Below are positions 1-14,357 of a stretch of 64,000 bases of DNA, in pieces. The position numbers were made by a program, and so were the translations under genes. Below the pieces are notes generated by a model. The model saw nothing but the letters and a program-made list of their open reading frames with translations. It was not told the origin of the DNA and searched no databases. Each line of letters begins with the position of its first letter. Position 1 is the first letter of the stretch. The stretch lies in assembly GCF_018350175.1 (NCBI RefSeq), contig NC_058368.1, forward strand, positions 198,960,001 to 199,024,000, given 5' to 3'. This DNA is from Felis catus. Lineage: Eukaryota.

Positions 1-1409
1 AACCATCTCTTTCCAGAATTTACCTGGTAATCAATTATCAAAGATGTGAAAAATTCCAGTTGATTTTAGAGTCAATTTCATGTCTTTGAATTTTCATTGT
101 TTAGGATTTTTTTTTTCTGTAAAATTTACAGAATTGGGGGAAGAAATAAATAATCTTGCCTCTCAGGTCAGTAGACCCTATGAGTTTCTGTGCTGGCTCC
201 TGTGGGAAAATACTATTTTTCACCCAAAGCAAAGAGGTTAACCTCAATTCTTCAGTTCTGGAATAAGGGTTTCAAGATGTATTTTTACCATGCCAAAGTC
301 TGCAGAAGTCTTGGAAAACCAAAGCTATAATGTGGAAATCTGACAAGCTTGTACTGTGATCAGCTTCTTTGGAGATAACATGTTCATTTTTCATTTGCAG
401 GAGGGGATAAATGTGCTAATTAGGTCACGAATTTCCATCATCAGATTCTTACTGTCATTTTATTACCTTTTTTTCTCTACACCCAGAGAAAATTGCTGTT
501 CCTTCCTATATTTTCAGATCTACTTTGAATACTTGGGTAATAGTGGCTGTAGATTGATAGCAGCCCACATGTATGGAGCACTTTCTAAGCACCAGACCCT
601 GAGCTAAAGTTTTATTTATATTACCTCCTTTAAAACAGAGACAGTTCAGTAATTTGTCTACAATCACAGGACTTGCAAAAATGGAGCCTTGTAGAAATGG
701 AGCCTTCAGCGGCCTCCTCTTTTTTTTTTTTTCAACCTCGATAAAATTAACTTAGATACACTGTCTTAAACATTCACTGCCTTCTATTATGTCCTCTTGT
801 GTGCTATCTCTAGGACAATGATTTTATTCATAGTTTAAAATTTACCCTAAACTTTCATATATCATTTTGACCTTTGATCCAATTTAAATGAACCAATGAT
901 AAATGATGAAATCTTGTCACATTACTTAACTTGAACCCTTCTGTGAATTCTTTCTTATTACTTTTGAGGAAAATAGAATATACACTTAAGATATAGTTCT
1001 GATCCACCCTTGCATGGAGACAATAAATGGATGTTTTGGTTTTAAGATTTTTATAAGCTGATTCAGATATATTTCAAAATGAAACTTACTATTTAAAAAG
1101 TGACACACACAACACACTCTTGTATGGTTCCAATTATGGATACTGGGCTGGCCTCCAACCTCCAGGATCCTTCTTATGGAAGGTTCTATAGTGAAGAGTA
1201 TGACTGGCTTTCTCAGTGAATTAATGTTTCATACTGTGGAATTTCAAATTTATTGTGTTGTAGTTAATGGCAATTATGTAGATCATAGGAGTCCATCCCA
1301 AAGACTAGGTACATTGACTGGAATACACAGTAATGAGTAGTTTTACATCATGGCTTTTCATGTGTCTTTTGATTAAAAGTATTATGGATGGCATAGTCCA
1401 CAGCTTATT

Positions 1410-2010
1410 TGCAAGAACACAAATGATGCAAGCATCTTAGGAGGCAATTTGGTAATACCTATCAAAATTATACATGCATGTTCCCTTTGACCCAATACCC
1501 TTACCAGTAATTTTCCCCAGAGTTAGGCTTATAAAAGTCACGGAGCTATATATACAAAGATGTTCACTGAAGAATTGCTGACAATAGTAACTAACTGAGA
1601 ACAATGTAAATATCCATCAGGTGGGAATTGCTTTAAATGAATTACAGTTCTTCTCTGCAGTAGGACACCATATGACCCCTGAAACAATATGGTGGATATC
1701 TATGTGCTGCTGTTGAAAGACCTTCAAGATAAATGAGAAAAGCAAGTTTGAGAAGCCGGAAAAGTATATGCTGGTCTGTGTCTGGTTTTCTGAAAATGTA
1801 CACAGATTACACACACACAAACACAGACTCCTTCAAAAAAAAAAAAAAAAGATTTTTTTTTTTTTTTCTGGAAGGTATCACAGAAATAAATTCAGTTCAG
1901 AGCAATTGATTTTGCAGACTGGGATGTGGATGGTAGATGATCATGAGGCTTTTACTTTCTGTTTCATGCCTTTCCGTACAGTCGGAGTTTTGTAAACCTG
2001 TGCATGTATT
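1410..2010 (+). mobile_element. Old L1 (L1ME-like) 3' fragment
   Basis: Degenerate L1M 3' motifs: ggaggcaatttggtaatacctatcaaaatt, ccctttgacccaata, aagatgttcactgaagaattg, aacaatgtaaatatccatcag. Confidence 0.7.
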
Positions 2011-2544
2011 GCTTTTTTTTTTCTTTTAATTTTCACTTCAGTCATTTGGATAATGGAGTTGGGCACAATATTTTTCTCTTCTAATCTCTTGTGCATTACA
2101 TGAGATTAGTAAGTGTTATTTAACATATGATAAAACCAATGAAAGAATTTTTTGTTGTTTTGAAGATCATACTTGATCCTTGAGGATATAATGATTTCAG
2201 AAGTCTGACTCTATTTATTAGTATTTTTCCCTAGCCCAAACATTAACTGATAAAATTTCAAGCCTGTCCAAACTATGTTGTTTTATATATAAGCAATGAT
2301 CTTATTGCCTGTCTTTGATATTCCCCAGTCCTTGACTCAGTGTAAATAGAGAACAAGCATAGGGCAGATGCCTAAAGCCTAACATTTGGGTTATGGGACA
2401 AGATACAGGGACCCTAACAAGAACAAGCCTCATCTAATTCCTGCAATGATATGTGCTTTGGGGAAGGTTAAAAAGATAACCTTAGGATCCTATCCACAGC
2501 ATTCTAGAAACGTAATCTGGCATCTTTTGTTATGTGAGTATAGA

Positions 2545-2670
2545 AGGCACAGTGGATTGAAAATAGTGGAACACTCTGTGAGCTGGGAGCTTGGAGTCTT
2601 GTGGTCAAACCCCAGCTCTGCCACCGGCCCTGTGACCTTGGACAAGTCACTTCATTCTCACCCCCATGAA
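2545..2670 (+). mobile_element. MIR SINE fragment
   Basis: MIR core-like cccagctctgccac...ctgtgaccttggacaagtcacttc. Confidence 0.75.
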
Positions 2671-3384
2671 GAGGTGGAGTGGCCACTTATCTTGGTCATA
2701 AAATAAATCAGACATACTGATATTTGTTAATAAGATTAAGCCTTGCAATGTGGTCACCTCATGTACAAAGAATCTAGCTCTCCATTCAGCAGTACAAAAC
2801 TGTTACAAGAGAGGTCAACCTTGAACTGAATGCTCCTGTCAAAACAGAAGAGAGGACAAGCTATCCCCTTTTCATTAGGTATTCCAAATTCTACCCTTTG
2901 ATTAACTTAGACCTTGAGAAATCTTTTTGTCCCAGCTTTATTGGCTTGGACTAAAAAATGCTTTTGTTGAAGTACATTGACTTTTGTGTTGACCCCGAGC
3001 TGTCATCAAGGACCACAATAAGAAAATCATTGTTAAGCATGTATCATTTCATTATGTTTTTCAGTGTGCTTTCTAAGAAATGTCCAGATACTAAATTCCC
3101 TTTAGAATTTGCACCAGGAAAATGTTTATCTCTCCTGCCAGCTAGGTTTACTTCAGTTTGTGAGATAATGAGAAGATGGTGTATACATTATACAAATTCA
3201 TTTTACCGTGTCAGAACCAATTTCCACATCTTTAAGTTGGAGAAATTAATACGCATTCTAATCTTCTTTGACTTTTAAACTTATGCTTCCACTGTAGGCC
3301 CTTTCCCTTAAACTCTAAATTTATCTCTCCATTTGTCTACTTAACACCTCCCTCCCTTCCTTCCTTCCTTCCTCCCTCCCTCCC

Positions 3385-3500
3385 GCAGATATTTCCCAAG
3401 CATGTACTATGTGTCAGACACTGCTTGAGGTATGGGGGATGCAGTGGGGATCAAAACAAGCTGAGTTCCTGACCTCTTGGAATGTACAATGCAGTAACAG
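3385..3500 (-). mobile_element. L2 LINE 3' end fragment
   Basis: caagcatgtactatgtgtcagacactgcttgaggtatgggggatgcagtg resembles the antisense L2 3' end. Confidence 0.7.
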
Positions 3501-3539
3501 AGAAAAATAATAAATAGGATTAAGTAAAATGTGTTAGTC

Positions 3540-5925
3540 TTCCTTTCATGTGTATTTTTTAGATATTTTCTTGGTGGTTACCACAGGGATTATAATTCAC
3601 ATTCTAAATATATAATAATATTTAATTGATACCAACTTAGTCTTAGTAACGTATGAAAACTCTGCTCCTATGCAGTGCTGTCCTCTCCCTGACATTTTGA
3701 AAATTATGATGTTCTCACAATACATTTATACATTGTGTGACCATTAACACAGCTTTTAAATTATTATTCTTTAATGAATTTGTTTAAATTGCATAGGAGA
3801 TAAAAGGAGTTACAAACCAAAAGTACAATAATATTGTCTTTTATATCTAACCTGTGTATTTACCTTTACCAGAATTCTTTGTCTGTTAAGGCTTTCGTTT
3901 ACTGTCTAGTATCCTTTCATTTCAGCCGAAGGACTTCCTTTAGCATTTCTCGTAGGGCAAATCTACAGACAACAAACCTCCCCAGAGTTTGTTTATCTGG
4001 GAACGTCTTACTTTCACCTACATTTTTAAAGGATAGTTGTGTCCGGTATAAAATCTTTGGTTGATAGTTTTCCTTCAGCACATTAAAAATGGCATCTCAT
4101 TCCTTTGTGGTCTCTGCAGTTGCTGATGAGAAATTTTCTGTTAACTTATTGAAGATCTCTTGTGTGTGACAAGTTGCTTTTCTTTTCTTTTAAGATTCTC
4201 TCTTTGTTCTTGGCCTCTGATTATTGTGTCTTAATGTGGATCTCTTTGCATATTGATCTTTCCTGGAGTTTGCTGAGCTTCTTAAATGTGTATATTCATA
4301 TATCTTATATTCTGGGGTTTTCAACCATTATTTCTTCAAATTTCCTTCTTTCTTTCTCCTCCTCCTCTTCAGAGATTCCCATTGTGTATGTTGATACACT
4401 AGTATGGTGTCCCTTAGTCTCTTAGGTTCTGTTCATTTTTCATCTGTCTTTGTTCTTTGTGTTCCTCAGACTAGATTTAAACTGACCTATCTTCAAGTTC
4501 ACTGGCTTTTTTTTTTTTTTAGCCTACTTAGATCTGATATTGAAACCCTCTAGGTTTCAATGGATGGCTCAGTTGGTTAAGCATCTGACTCATTTTGGCT
4601 CAGGTCATGATCTCACAGACAAGAGATAGAGCCACATCACTGGGTGTGGAGCTTAAGATTCTCTTCCTTTGCCTCTGTGCCTTTCTCACTCATGCTTGCA
4701 CTCTTTCTCTCTCAAAAAAAAAAAAAAAAGAAAGAAAAAAGAAAGAAAAGAAAAGAAAAGAAACCCTCTAGTAATTTTTCATTTCTGTTAGTGTACTTTG
4801 CAGCTGCTAAATTTCTCTTTAGTTTCTTTTTATAATTTCTGTCTCCTTATTGATATTCTCTGTTTGTTCATATAACATCCTCCTGGTTTCCTTTAGTACT
4901 TTTTCCATGGTTTCCTTTAGCTCTATGAGCATATTTAGAACATTTGATTTAAAGTTTTTTGTAGTAAGTACAATGCCTATGTTTCTCAGAGTGAGTTTAT
5001 TAAATTCTTCTGTGAATTGATCATCCTTTCTTTTTTCTTCACGTGCTTTGTAGTCTTTGTTGAAAACTGGACATTTTGAATATTATCATGTAGTAACTCT
5101 GGAAACCAGAGTCTTCCTGCTTCTCAGCGTTTGTTTTTGTGTTTTTTTGTAGGCTGTAGCTGTTTGTTAGATAACTTTTCTAAACTATTTTTGTAAGGTC
5201 TGTGTTCTTAGTCGTATGTGGCCTCTGAGTTTTCTGTCCTTTTATGTTCAGCTACTGTTTGACCGAGAGTTCTTTGAATACCAGGAGCCAAATAAGAAAA
5301 TAGAAAGGGGGTAGGGAGAGACCCTCTTATATCTTTTCTGAGCATATGAGTTTCTATATTCCCCAGTATATACAAGTGCTTTTGAATTCCCTGATTTCTC
5401 AAATAAACTGTCTTCCTTTCAGACTTGTTGCACTCTGGCCTATGCTTCAACTTAATCTTCTGCCCCAGGTGACTGCAAGCTTTTTGTTTGCTTTATCAGG
5501 AGTTCCAGCCTGAATAAGTTCTGAATTAGGTGAAACAAAAGCAGGCATCTTGCATCAATCCTTCAGGTAGACCCCAGATAGATTAGAACAGACAAGCATA
5601 ATTCTTTACAAATGAGATCTGCTCTGTACCTTCCAAAAACAGGGATCAAGGTCCCTTGCTAGTAACATGGACTATAATCCTCAATACCACTGCTAAGCCA
5701 GGGAGGAGGACTGGCCCAGGACACATACACATACTTTAGTGCTTTCCTACCACTTTCCTATTACCTTTCTGCTCATTCATTGTTTGCTTAGTTGATGTAA
5801 ACCTTTGTTTTCCAAAGTGCTGACAAAGTTGATTCTGACAGTTTTGCTTGATTTTTCAATGTTTTCTTGGAGGATAGAGAACTTAGAGCTGCCGACTCTG
5901 CCATTTTTGTTGATGTCATTTTCCT
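3540..5925 (-). mobile_element. Old L1 (L1M-type) 5'UTR/ORF1 region, interrupted by a SINE
   Basis: T-rich antisense L1 ORF1 motifs (aaggacttcctttagcatttct, gtttgtttatctgggaa, tttaaaggatagtt, ttgctgatgagaaa, ctatcttcaagttcactg), ending in ctctgccatttttgttgatgtc as in L1M 5' ends; no intact ORF. Confidence 0.8.
4554..4759 (+). mobile_element. CanSINE (older) inserted in L1
   Basis: tggctcagttggttaagcatctgact head, CT tract, A-rich tail; perfect TSD gaaaccctctag at 4542-4553 and 4760-4771. Confidence 0.92.
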
Positions 5926-6689
5926 GCCCCACTTTAAAATATGTTTTAGACAGGTGTTTTATTTATCAAAACATTCTTTCTTAAACTGTGAAATGATTTC
6001 CAGTATTAGAAATTTTAATTGCACCTTTACTGCTAATATCATAGAATATTGCTGTAGGCTCACGAAGGAGGCTTTGCAAAGTATTTATGTATTTATAAAG
6101 CTTTTTAAAGGGGAAATGGTAAATCACATTACGTTAGCTTGGCACTGAAATGATTAGACAAAAAATTTCATCGTTTTCTAAAGTACCCTAATTGTTGAAT
6201 AAAGGATATCTTTGGGATATCAGAACTGAATGGAGGGCTGTATGCTCTTCTCCAGCTTCACTGATTTCTCCGTTTGTATTATAATCCTTAGTTGAAAGCA
6301 GGTTCTTAAGGGTCTCTGTTCAGGGAGATCTGCAGGGCCTGACCCTTTGTGTCACATGAGACATGCTCAATAAATATTTGCTAGGTGAACTTCAAGCTAA
6401 CCCAGACATTGCTACTGTGTTGAACACAGGCAGGAGATGTGCATTTCCATGCTGGAAGAGAATGTAGAGGCTTTTGCCCAAAGAACTATTTCTTAGGCAG
6501 GTTCCAGTTAGAATATTACCTAAGAACAGGTGCAGTGTGGAAACGCTGTAGTCGAGGTCAGAAATTAGATTGATGGTTTTCTGTAAAATAGTTACCACTT
6601 CACAAACAATACTTCTAAAAGGAAATATGCTTTTTCCTATGCAAGAAACAGTGAGTGAGGTCCTAGTCAGCAGTATGTTGCAGGCAAAC

Positions 6690-6792
6690 TTTGGATAATA
6701 ATGCCTAAATTTCCTATTTTGAGTATTAAGCAAGACCATATATGTGAAACATTTGACCTGAAAACCTCGCGCAGTGTAGATTCTCAATAACA
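6690..6792 (+). mobile_element. MIR 3' fragment
   Basis: ggataataatgccta...gtattaagcaagaccatatatgtgaaacattt...ctcaataa. Confidence 0.55.
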
Positions 6793-7006
6793 CAACCTTT
6801 TACGTGGGTCCTTAAAGTGGGTTGTGAGTATATACTCACTTTCCAGGCTACCAGTGTTTGGTATGCTAGGAAAGCTGTTCTGGAACAGAAGTGGAATGGT
6901 TGGGAAATGGGGGAGGCAAGGACATATTATGTAAGAAGTGGTCATTGATATGGTGAGGAATTAGGCTTATGTACCAAGGAAATATTATTAAAAAATAATT
7001 ACCCAC

Positions 7007-7233
7007 GGGGCGCCTGGGTGGCGCAGTCGGTTAAGCGTCCGACTTTAGCCAGGTCACGATCTCGCGGTCTGTGAGTTCGAGCCCCGCATCAGGCTCTGGG
7101 CTGATGGCTCGGAGCCTGGAGCCTGCTTCTGATTCTGTGTCTCCCTCTCTCTCTGCCCCTCCCCCGTTCATGCTCTCTCTCTCTCTCTGTCCCAAAAATA
7201 AATAAAAGTTGAAAAAAAAAATTTAAAAAAAAA
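7007..7233 (+). mobile_element. Young feline CanSINE
   Basis: ggggcgcctgggtggcgcagtcggttaagcgtccgact with CpGs retained, B-box gagttcgagcc, (CT)n, polyA; TSD-like aataattacc. Confidence 0.97.
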
Positions 7234-8314
7234 ATAATAATTACCTCATTCTTTTCCTACCATTGTAGCAATTAACTTATTCACTTCCTAATAATGAGAA
7301 ATGAGTGTACCAGTACTATGCCTTTAGCATAGAGCTTGGGTCCCAAGAAAAAGGAACGTATTTAAAGATGACAGATGGAGAGAGTATGTGTAGGGACCTT
7401 ACTGAAGTAAATGAGTCATCCTTGCTCATTTTCATACCATCATCTTTAAATGTCTTCTCTAAAGGATCCCAGCACTGGTTTCCCTAACATCAAGATAATT
7501 CTGCCACTTGGAGATATGAGAGATAGCTTTTGGCATTAAGGAAAAAAAAAATGGAGGATGATAAATACCTTGTGTAGAGCAGATAAGTCTCTGAACTAGT
7601 ACTAAAAATCTGAAATTAAATTATCTTAGATTTTGAAAGTAGAATGCTATTCTCATATATTTAATGTGCATGTACAGTAAGGTTACAAAAAAGTCCAATA
7701 CCATCTCATAACTTAGTTGTAACCCTAAAAAAGAAAATGTAGTGTTTTCAAGGGTTCATAGGTAATACATTAAAGCATAAGACTCTCACATAGTAATAAG
7801 TGTTGCTCATGGCTTTTGAATCCATAAATAGACATATTGTGATGAACCAAGACTTTGGGTATGTCCATATTAATTGTGATTATATAACCTGGTTATATCA
7901 TTATCTCTAATGAGGAAAATGTGATAATATGTGGAACATTAGCTTTGCTGTCACCTTCCCTTGGCCAATGCCTTCTCTTCCTTTAGGTTGTTGGTGTGAA
8001 AAAAAAATTCCCCGTACCTATGCCCACTTCCCACACCTTTGCCCTCTCTCATACTAAAAAGGTTCACCTGTTTCACATTCCCAAAGCTCCTTGATATCAA
8101 TAGTACTGACCATGACTACTACTTGGTTAAAATTTTGTAATAAATTGTCAAATAAGGGTATCCCTCAATATACTCTTTGCTTCAAGAAGTGGTGATATCA
8201 TTAGAAAAGAGTGTTAAAGTGTAGAAACAACCCAGTATCCATTTTCTTGTATAAAAAGCTCATTTAAGCAAATTCATAAATCCATATTGAAATTCTGTTA
8301 GCTCTCTACTCCAT

Positions 8315-8530
8315 AATAATAGTCCCTTACAGTTGTATCATGCTTTGTAGTTTGCAAAATAGTGTATTATCTTCCTTCATTCTTCTGAGATGGGTAATAT
8401 GACATTTATCGTAGAGATAAGAAACTGAAGGTTAGGGAGGTTGAGTGACTTAACACAGGATCCTGGAGCCCAGTTACTGACAAAGTGAGGGCTCCAGTCA
8501 AGCTCCAACGTTCTTTCTCTATCACAGCTG
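8315..8530 (-). mobile_element. MIR SINE
   Basis: agataagaaactgaaggttagggaggttgagtgactt, antisense MIR core. Confidence 0.75.
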
Positions 8531-9831
8531 CATCTCCTAGGAAGGGTCTAGTTCAGCATACACATGTATATTTATAAACATCATGCCATTGTTCTGCACT
8601 GTATGTCTTACTCTCTTGACTGTTTTATGACCAGAGCTCTTTTTGTCTTTTGCTAGCAACAACATACTTCTATGACAATAAGGAAAACAATTCCTATTGT
8701 TATCTGCATGCTCTTCTCACGTGGTTAACACACCTGGAGTTAATTTTTGTAGACTTTCCTTTCTCCTTACACCATGAAATCACCATGAAGACACTGCTGC
8801 TTATTTGAATGCTTGATCATCTGACACCTAATAATAAAAAATTCATTGGCCTTATAATGGAGTTTCATCTTTCTTAATGTTTAAAAACATTTAGAAGTTA
8901 TTTCCTTTCTTAAACAAAAATCACAGTAGAATTAAATAAGCATTTCCCTCAGGAGATAAAGGTTGAAATTTAAAAGTAAATCACTACTAACTTTGGGCCA
9001 ATAAAAAAAAAGTTTCATGGAGATGATTTTTCACAGTCAGTTTTTTAAATGCAATACTAAAACCAGGGAGTGTCATATAAAACGAGCCCAAAGCACTTTT
9101 TGTACCTAAACTAAAAATTACTTTTGTGGCCTTTGACATATCAAGGGACTGCTATTATAAAGCAAGCATAAGAAGAAATCCCTTCAACCTTCTAAAAATT
9201 TAAACATAAGAAGCTGTTTTTGTCTACGCAGGGACTCTGATTCTTTCACAGTTTCCAAAATCACAGCACAGATTGTTCGAAAAACATTTGTACTAATTGT
9301 TTTGTTTATGAAATTTGAGTTATCATTCCCAAAAGCATGAAATGCAAATGAATTTTTTCCTTTTTTCCAAAACCTGAGAGCATTAAAATCTTATGTAATG
9401 GGGCAGTTGGTAGGGGAGAAACCATTGCTGTGATTTTTAAGCCTAACATTCCAAGGAAAAAGATCCATGGAAAAAACTGATTTTGTCCAGGTGCATATAA
9501 ATTTGTTTACTGGTATTTCTAGTGGTCAAAAGTATGTAGGTAAGGAGTGAGGTTTTCCAAAAAGTAGTATTAAGGTATTTTTTCATTTTCTATATCCGTG
9601 CTTTTTAAAATATGGCCCATGGACTGGTACTAGTCCAGAAAATGTTTGCCCCAGTGTGCAGCAAAATAAATAAAGTGAGAAAAAAACATTTAAGAAACTG
9701 ATAGCAATTTGAGCTTGCTGCAGCATCCAAGTGCATGGTTTCATATTCTACAAAAAAGCATAGCTCGATCCATGATTGATTAAAAAATACAAAACAAACC
9801 AGATCCTTCCCTCCATGTGGTTTTAGAAGCT

Positions 9832-10155
9832 CAGAGTCCACAGACTTTTTACATAAGAGTCAGGTAGTAAATGTTGTAAACTTTGCGGGCCATGCTCAAC
9901 GTCCCTTCTATACGGTTTTGCTACACGCAAGTGCCATAGACCAAATGAAACAAATGAGTTTGGCTATGTGCCAGTTAAACTTTATTTATAGACATGGAAA
10001 CTTGAGTTTCATCGAATTTTCACGTGCCACAAAATACTGTTTTGATTTCTTTCCGAACCATTTAAAAGCATCAAAACCATTCTTAGCTCCTGCACGCTTC
10101 ACTGAAACAGGCAGTGGGCTGGATTTGGACCTTGGGTCCAGCTTGCTGACCCCTG
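9832..10155. mobile_element. MER58-family hAT-Charlie MITE
   Basis: caggtagtaaatgttgtaaactttgcgggcca...tggctatgtgccagttaaactttattta...ggcagtgggctggatttgg...ttgctgacccctg (terminal repeat). Confidence 0.85.
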
Positions 10156-12031
10156 AGCTATATCACCAGTGCAGCATTCCTCAGCAACTTGTCTTCTTTC
10201 CTTGTCTCCACATTCCCCTCTGTCTCTGCAATTTTAATGGCCACTTACTTTCACTCTGCAGTTGGGGTTATTATTCAGGAATACCTTAGAGCACTCATAA
10301 TGCTTAGAACATTATGTTTAATAAAGTCCAGAAGGAAAATGCTCCAAGTATCACTGTGGGAATAAATTTTAGGACTCCGTATGACCTACTGGCTTACATG
10401 AACTTTACTTAAAAAAATAATAATAAATCTAAGAACAGTGGGATGGAAGATCTCTTTATCGGGTGCATTTAGCATAGTAGTGGGTTATTTTAATTTGTTG
10501 CTTGGAATAGGTGATGATAGAGCGTGAGGTGAAATTCTGCACCATCCTTATCCTGAAACAGAGAAGTAATCTGTTTGGATGGTAATCAAATTACAAAAAG
10601 CTGTGAGTAGTTTATGAGTTTAGCATCCAGACTAGGGAATTGCTCAGAGTCCCCCGTCTGTCTTAGACCTTTTTGCTCTCATACTGTTAACAGAAACCCA
10701 GTTCCTAGCTGCTCTCACAGCTCACCAACCATCTTGAGGCCACCAGATTTGTCGTCTCAGAAATCTCCATTCAGCTTATTACAAGTGGTTCATTCCTCAC
10801 TGTCTTGAGTGCTACATACTTTTATATATTTGAGTACTACATCATTTTATTACCTGGTTGACCTTTCACATAAATCTCCAACTGTAATATTAACATTTGT
10901 GGTGATTACAGTTTTACTTCTTAATTTTTCACAATGTAGCACCTTTTCCCCATCTTAAAGTTCACCATCAAAAATATACGGGAACTCTGCACTCAGTAAG
11001 TGTGTCTCACCATTGAGCAAAGGCACTTATCTTTTTTGTTCTTCATTTTTTAGTCTTCAGTCCCAACTTAGGGTTTAGGGTCTTTTCCACTCTTCACACA
11101 TGCAGTGGTCTTTTGGAAAGAGAATTACTTGTGGTATTTCAAACTTGGGGAAGCCTTTCATCAGGTTGATCAAGTTCAGTGTTCTGAACTAATATGCTAG
11201 AATCTCCTGTCAGAGTCTGTATTCTTTTTGTTGTTGTTGTACTATTTCAAAATATAAGAGGTTAACTTTTGTTGCATGCCACGGCGTTTTTGGACTGAGT
11301 CGAGTCCTCCACACAAGTGAGAACAGTGAAACAAACCAGCACTCAAGGAGACATATCCTTGGAATACACGCAAGCCCATTAATGCTGGATTTTGAGTAGA
11401 GTATGTTTGATCAAACGCATGCTGTCTTCCATGTCAGCATTTTAAGTGAGGAAGACACTACATCTCCTGCTATTTGAGAACAAACTGCAGCAGTTGGTCC
11501 CCTGGTTGTATTAAAAATCCATAAAAAGTTCCATTTCCAAACACAGCAGCTTTTTTAAAAATAGGCAACTTCCTATTTCTCACTTGAAAATCAAACTTGT
11601 TATAAATGCTTTCATCATTAGTCATGTTTAATCACATAATGCCTTATTCTTATGTTAATATATTCATGAATAAAGTGCCTTGTTCTGTAGAAATCTATAT
11701 ATTGAGTAGAGTTCAGTCTGTGAACAGTATGAGGTGGGGCACTGACTTGAGTCAGAAAGTTAGAATCTTTTACAATGCTTTATCCAGTGGGAATGAGATG
11801 ATTGTTGTTTGGCCTGTCTTGAGGGTTATCCATCCAACCGATGTTTACCAAGCACCTTCTATGTGGCAGGCATTATGGAGCTTTTACTTCATTTAGCAGG
11901 ATGTTTTTAAGATTAATTTTTTTTTTCATTGGAGTATTATTTGCAATCAGAGTCAGTTCTAAATTTAAAGGGAAACTTTAAAACTAAAGAGCCAGAGCCG
12001 GCTGTCTTCAGGATGGCAGTGAAAGATTGTG

Positions 12032-12065
<34 letters not shown>
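12032..12065. repeat. (TTG)n microsatellite
   Basis: About 11 direct ttg units. Confidence 0.95.
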
Positions 12066-13198
12066 AAAGTTTTTGAGCCCAAGGCTCTCTGCTTTCTGTT
12101 CTGGTAGCATGATTCATTCAAGTCTTTAGCCCACACTTCTCGGTGAATTGAGTTCTGATCAGTGTGAGAGAATAATGAATGGGCATAATTTTGGCTCACT
12201 TAATCTGAATATTATCTAGTCTGTGCTTCTAGAAAAGTACTTTAGCAAGTGTGTGACCCTTGGGTAATGAAAAAATGTTAAAATATATACAAACAAATGA
12301 ACTATCTTAATTATTCTCTTAGTAAAAATATGTCCACTTGGAATTAAGAACTACTCTGTCTTAATATCTACAGCTGCTTTGGAAATCTATTAGATGAAGG
12401 CTCCAACAGCATAAACTAACAGTTTTATATTATTGCATTGCCTGCAGATTTCTCTTTTATACTCGCTGAGTAGGAATGGTGTATAGGACTGCATTTCCAG
12501 TGCTTCTCTTCAGGAGAGCCACTACTAGGCAAATGCCAGATCTATAAGCCTACAAAATAGACATCAGGACAAATTTTGCCGAGCCTATGGTTTATTTTTT
12601 ACTGTTTACTTGTGTAACAAGTAAAGAACCATAGAACATTGCTTTGACATAAATGATGATAGAGGTTAGGTGGGGAAAAGTTCACTGATATTTGCTAAGG
12701 GACCTACTATTAAGTTTGGAATCTATGTAGGACACTGTCATTGGTTTGTCATGATCTGTCCTCCATTCCTGAGCTGCCTTAATCCATCATTATCTTGTTC
12801 ATTCTCTGTCATCATCTCAATTTTCCAGGGTTTCATGGCACATCACTAATTCTTTCACTTGTGCTTATTCTGCTGCTTTTCTGGTTTGTTAGTTTTGCAA
12901 TGGTACTATCGTGTCCATTCATCTTTCCCTTCTGCAGTCTTGCTCTTTACCTCATTCTTTTAGCGTATTTGAGGTCTCATGTAATTCTTATTTTCTTTAG
13001 TCTGTAGTGTGCTGTGCTCGTGGAGATGGGGGAAGGGGGAGAATAGGGGTTATAGTTTCTTCCCAAATGGACTCGTATCTGCTTCCCACCCCTCCCTGTC
13101 TTTCAGTGTTCCTTTGCTCCTGTCTTCCTGCTCTGTTGTCATACTCTTTTCTCTTTGTTTGACTTAAGTTTAAACAGCTCAATTAAGAACTTCTCTTT

Positions 13199-13427
13199 GG
13201 GGCCCCTGGGTGGCTCAGTGGGTTAAGCATCCAACTTTGGCTCAGGTCATGATCCTCACAGTTTGTGAGTTCAAGCCCCGTGTCCGGCTCTGTGCTGACA
13301 GCTTGAACCCTGGAGCCTGCTTCAGATTTTCTCTCTCTGTCTCTCTCTCTCTGCCCCTCCCCTCCTTGTGGTTTGTCTCTCAAAAATAAATAAATGTCAA
13401 AAAAAATTTTTGTTTTTTTTTTTTTTA
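13199..13427 (+). mobile_element. CanSINE
   Basis: ggggcccctgggtggctcagtgggttaagc head, CT tract, aaaaataaataaa tail; TSD-like aagaact..cttt. Confidence 0.95.
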
Positions 13428-13720
13428 AAGAACTCTTTCCTCTGTAGGGTTGATAAATTGGCCATGTTTTCCTTTTTGCCCTCTCTGATGAGACTTTCCT
13501 GCCTTTTCACTGGAGGTTCATTGAGTTGAGGATTTGAGGACCTGAGGCCGTGTGCTAGGGCAAGGGTGCAGTGAGTTGAACTGGGGCTTGCATAGCTGGG
13601 TGCAGGATCTGGACTTCGCTTTCTCTCAGTCATTGTGTGAAATGCTCTGCATCAAGGTTTGATCTAAGTATTCTTGTATCTCTGTAGTAGCAAGGAGATG
13701 GGGATTTCTTCTCTCTGATT

Positions 13721-13923
13721 TAAAAAAAAATTTTTTTTAATGTTTGTTTATTTTTGAGAGAGAGGGCAGGGGAGGAGCAGAGAGAGAGAGACATAGAATC
13801 TGAAGCAGGCTCCAGGCTCTGAGCTGTCAGCACAGAGGACACGGGGCTCGAACCCACAAACCGTGAGATCATAACCTGAACCAAAGTCAGACACTCAACT
13901 GACTGAGCCACCCAGGCCACCCC
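13721..13923 (-). mobile_element. CanSINE
   Basis: Antisense copy ending gactgagccacccaggccacccc; TSD tcttctctctga on both sides. Confidence 0.95.
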
Positions 13924-13977
13924 TCTTCTCTCTGACTTTTGATTACCCCTCCAATTTAAGGACGTGATAGCAAGCCC

Positions 13978-14018
13978 AGTTTGTTTGTTTGTTTGTTTGT
14001 TTGTTTGTTTGTTTGTTT
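13978..14018. repeat. (GTTT)n microsatellite
   Basis: About 10 direct gttt units. Confidence 0.95.
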
Positions 14019-14143
14019 AACCAAGAAGATAATCCCCTGGTGTTTCCTTCCCTTGCCAAACTCTGCTTCTCTCCAAAAGGTGTTTCTGTCCTTTCTCAAC
14101 TGATGGATTAAACAGGAAACCTGTGTGCTTTAGCAATGGTGTC

Positions 14144-14357
14144 TTTTTATTATTATTATTTATTTAAGACAGAGGGTACATTCAAGTGAGCAGGGAAGAG
14201 AGAGAGAGAGAATGAGAGAGAGAGAGAATCTTTAACAGGCTCCATGCTCAGCACACAGAGCCCAAAGTGGGGCTGGAACCCACGAAGCCTCTAAATTATG
14301 ACCTGAGCCGAAATCAAGAGTAGGATGCCTCAGTCAGCTAAGCCACCCAAGCACCCC
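14144..14357 (-). mobile_element. CanSINE (older)
   Basis: atgacctgagccgaaatcaagagt...agccacccaagcacccc; degenerate TSD tagcaa..gt.tc. Confidence 0.92.

Noticed and set aside
673..706. 16-bp tandem duplication ttgYaRaaatggagcc
   Set aside because: Ordinary slippage duplication with only two units.
7007..7090. tRNA-like A and B boxes
   Set aside because: These are the tRNA-derived heads of CanSINEs, not tRNA genes.
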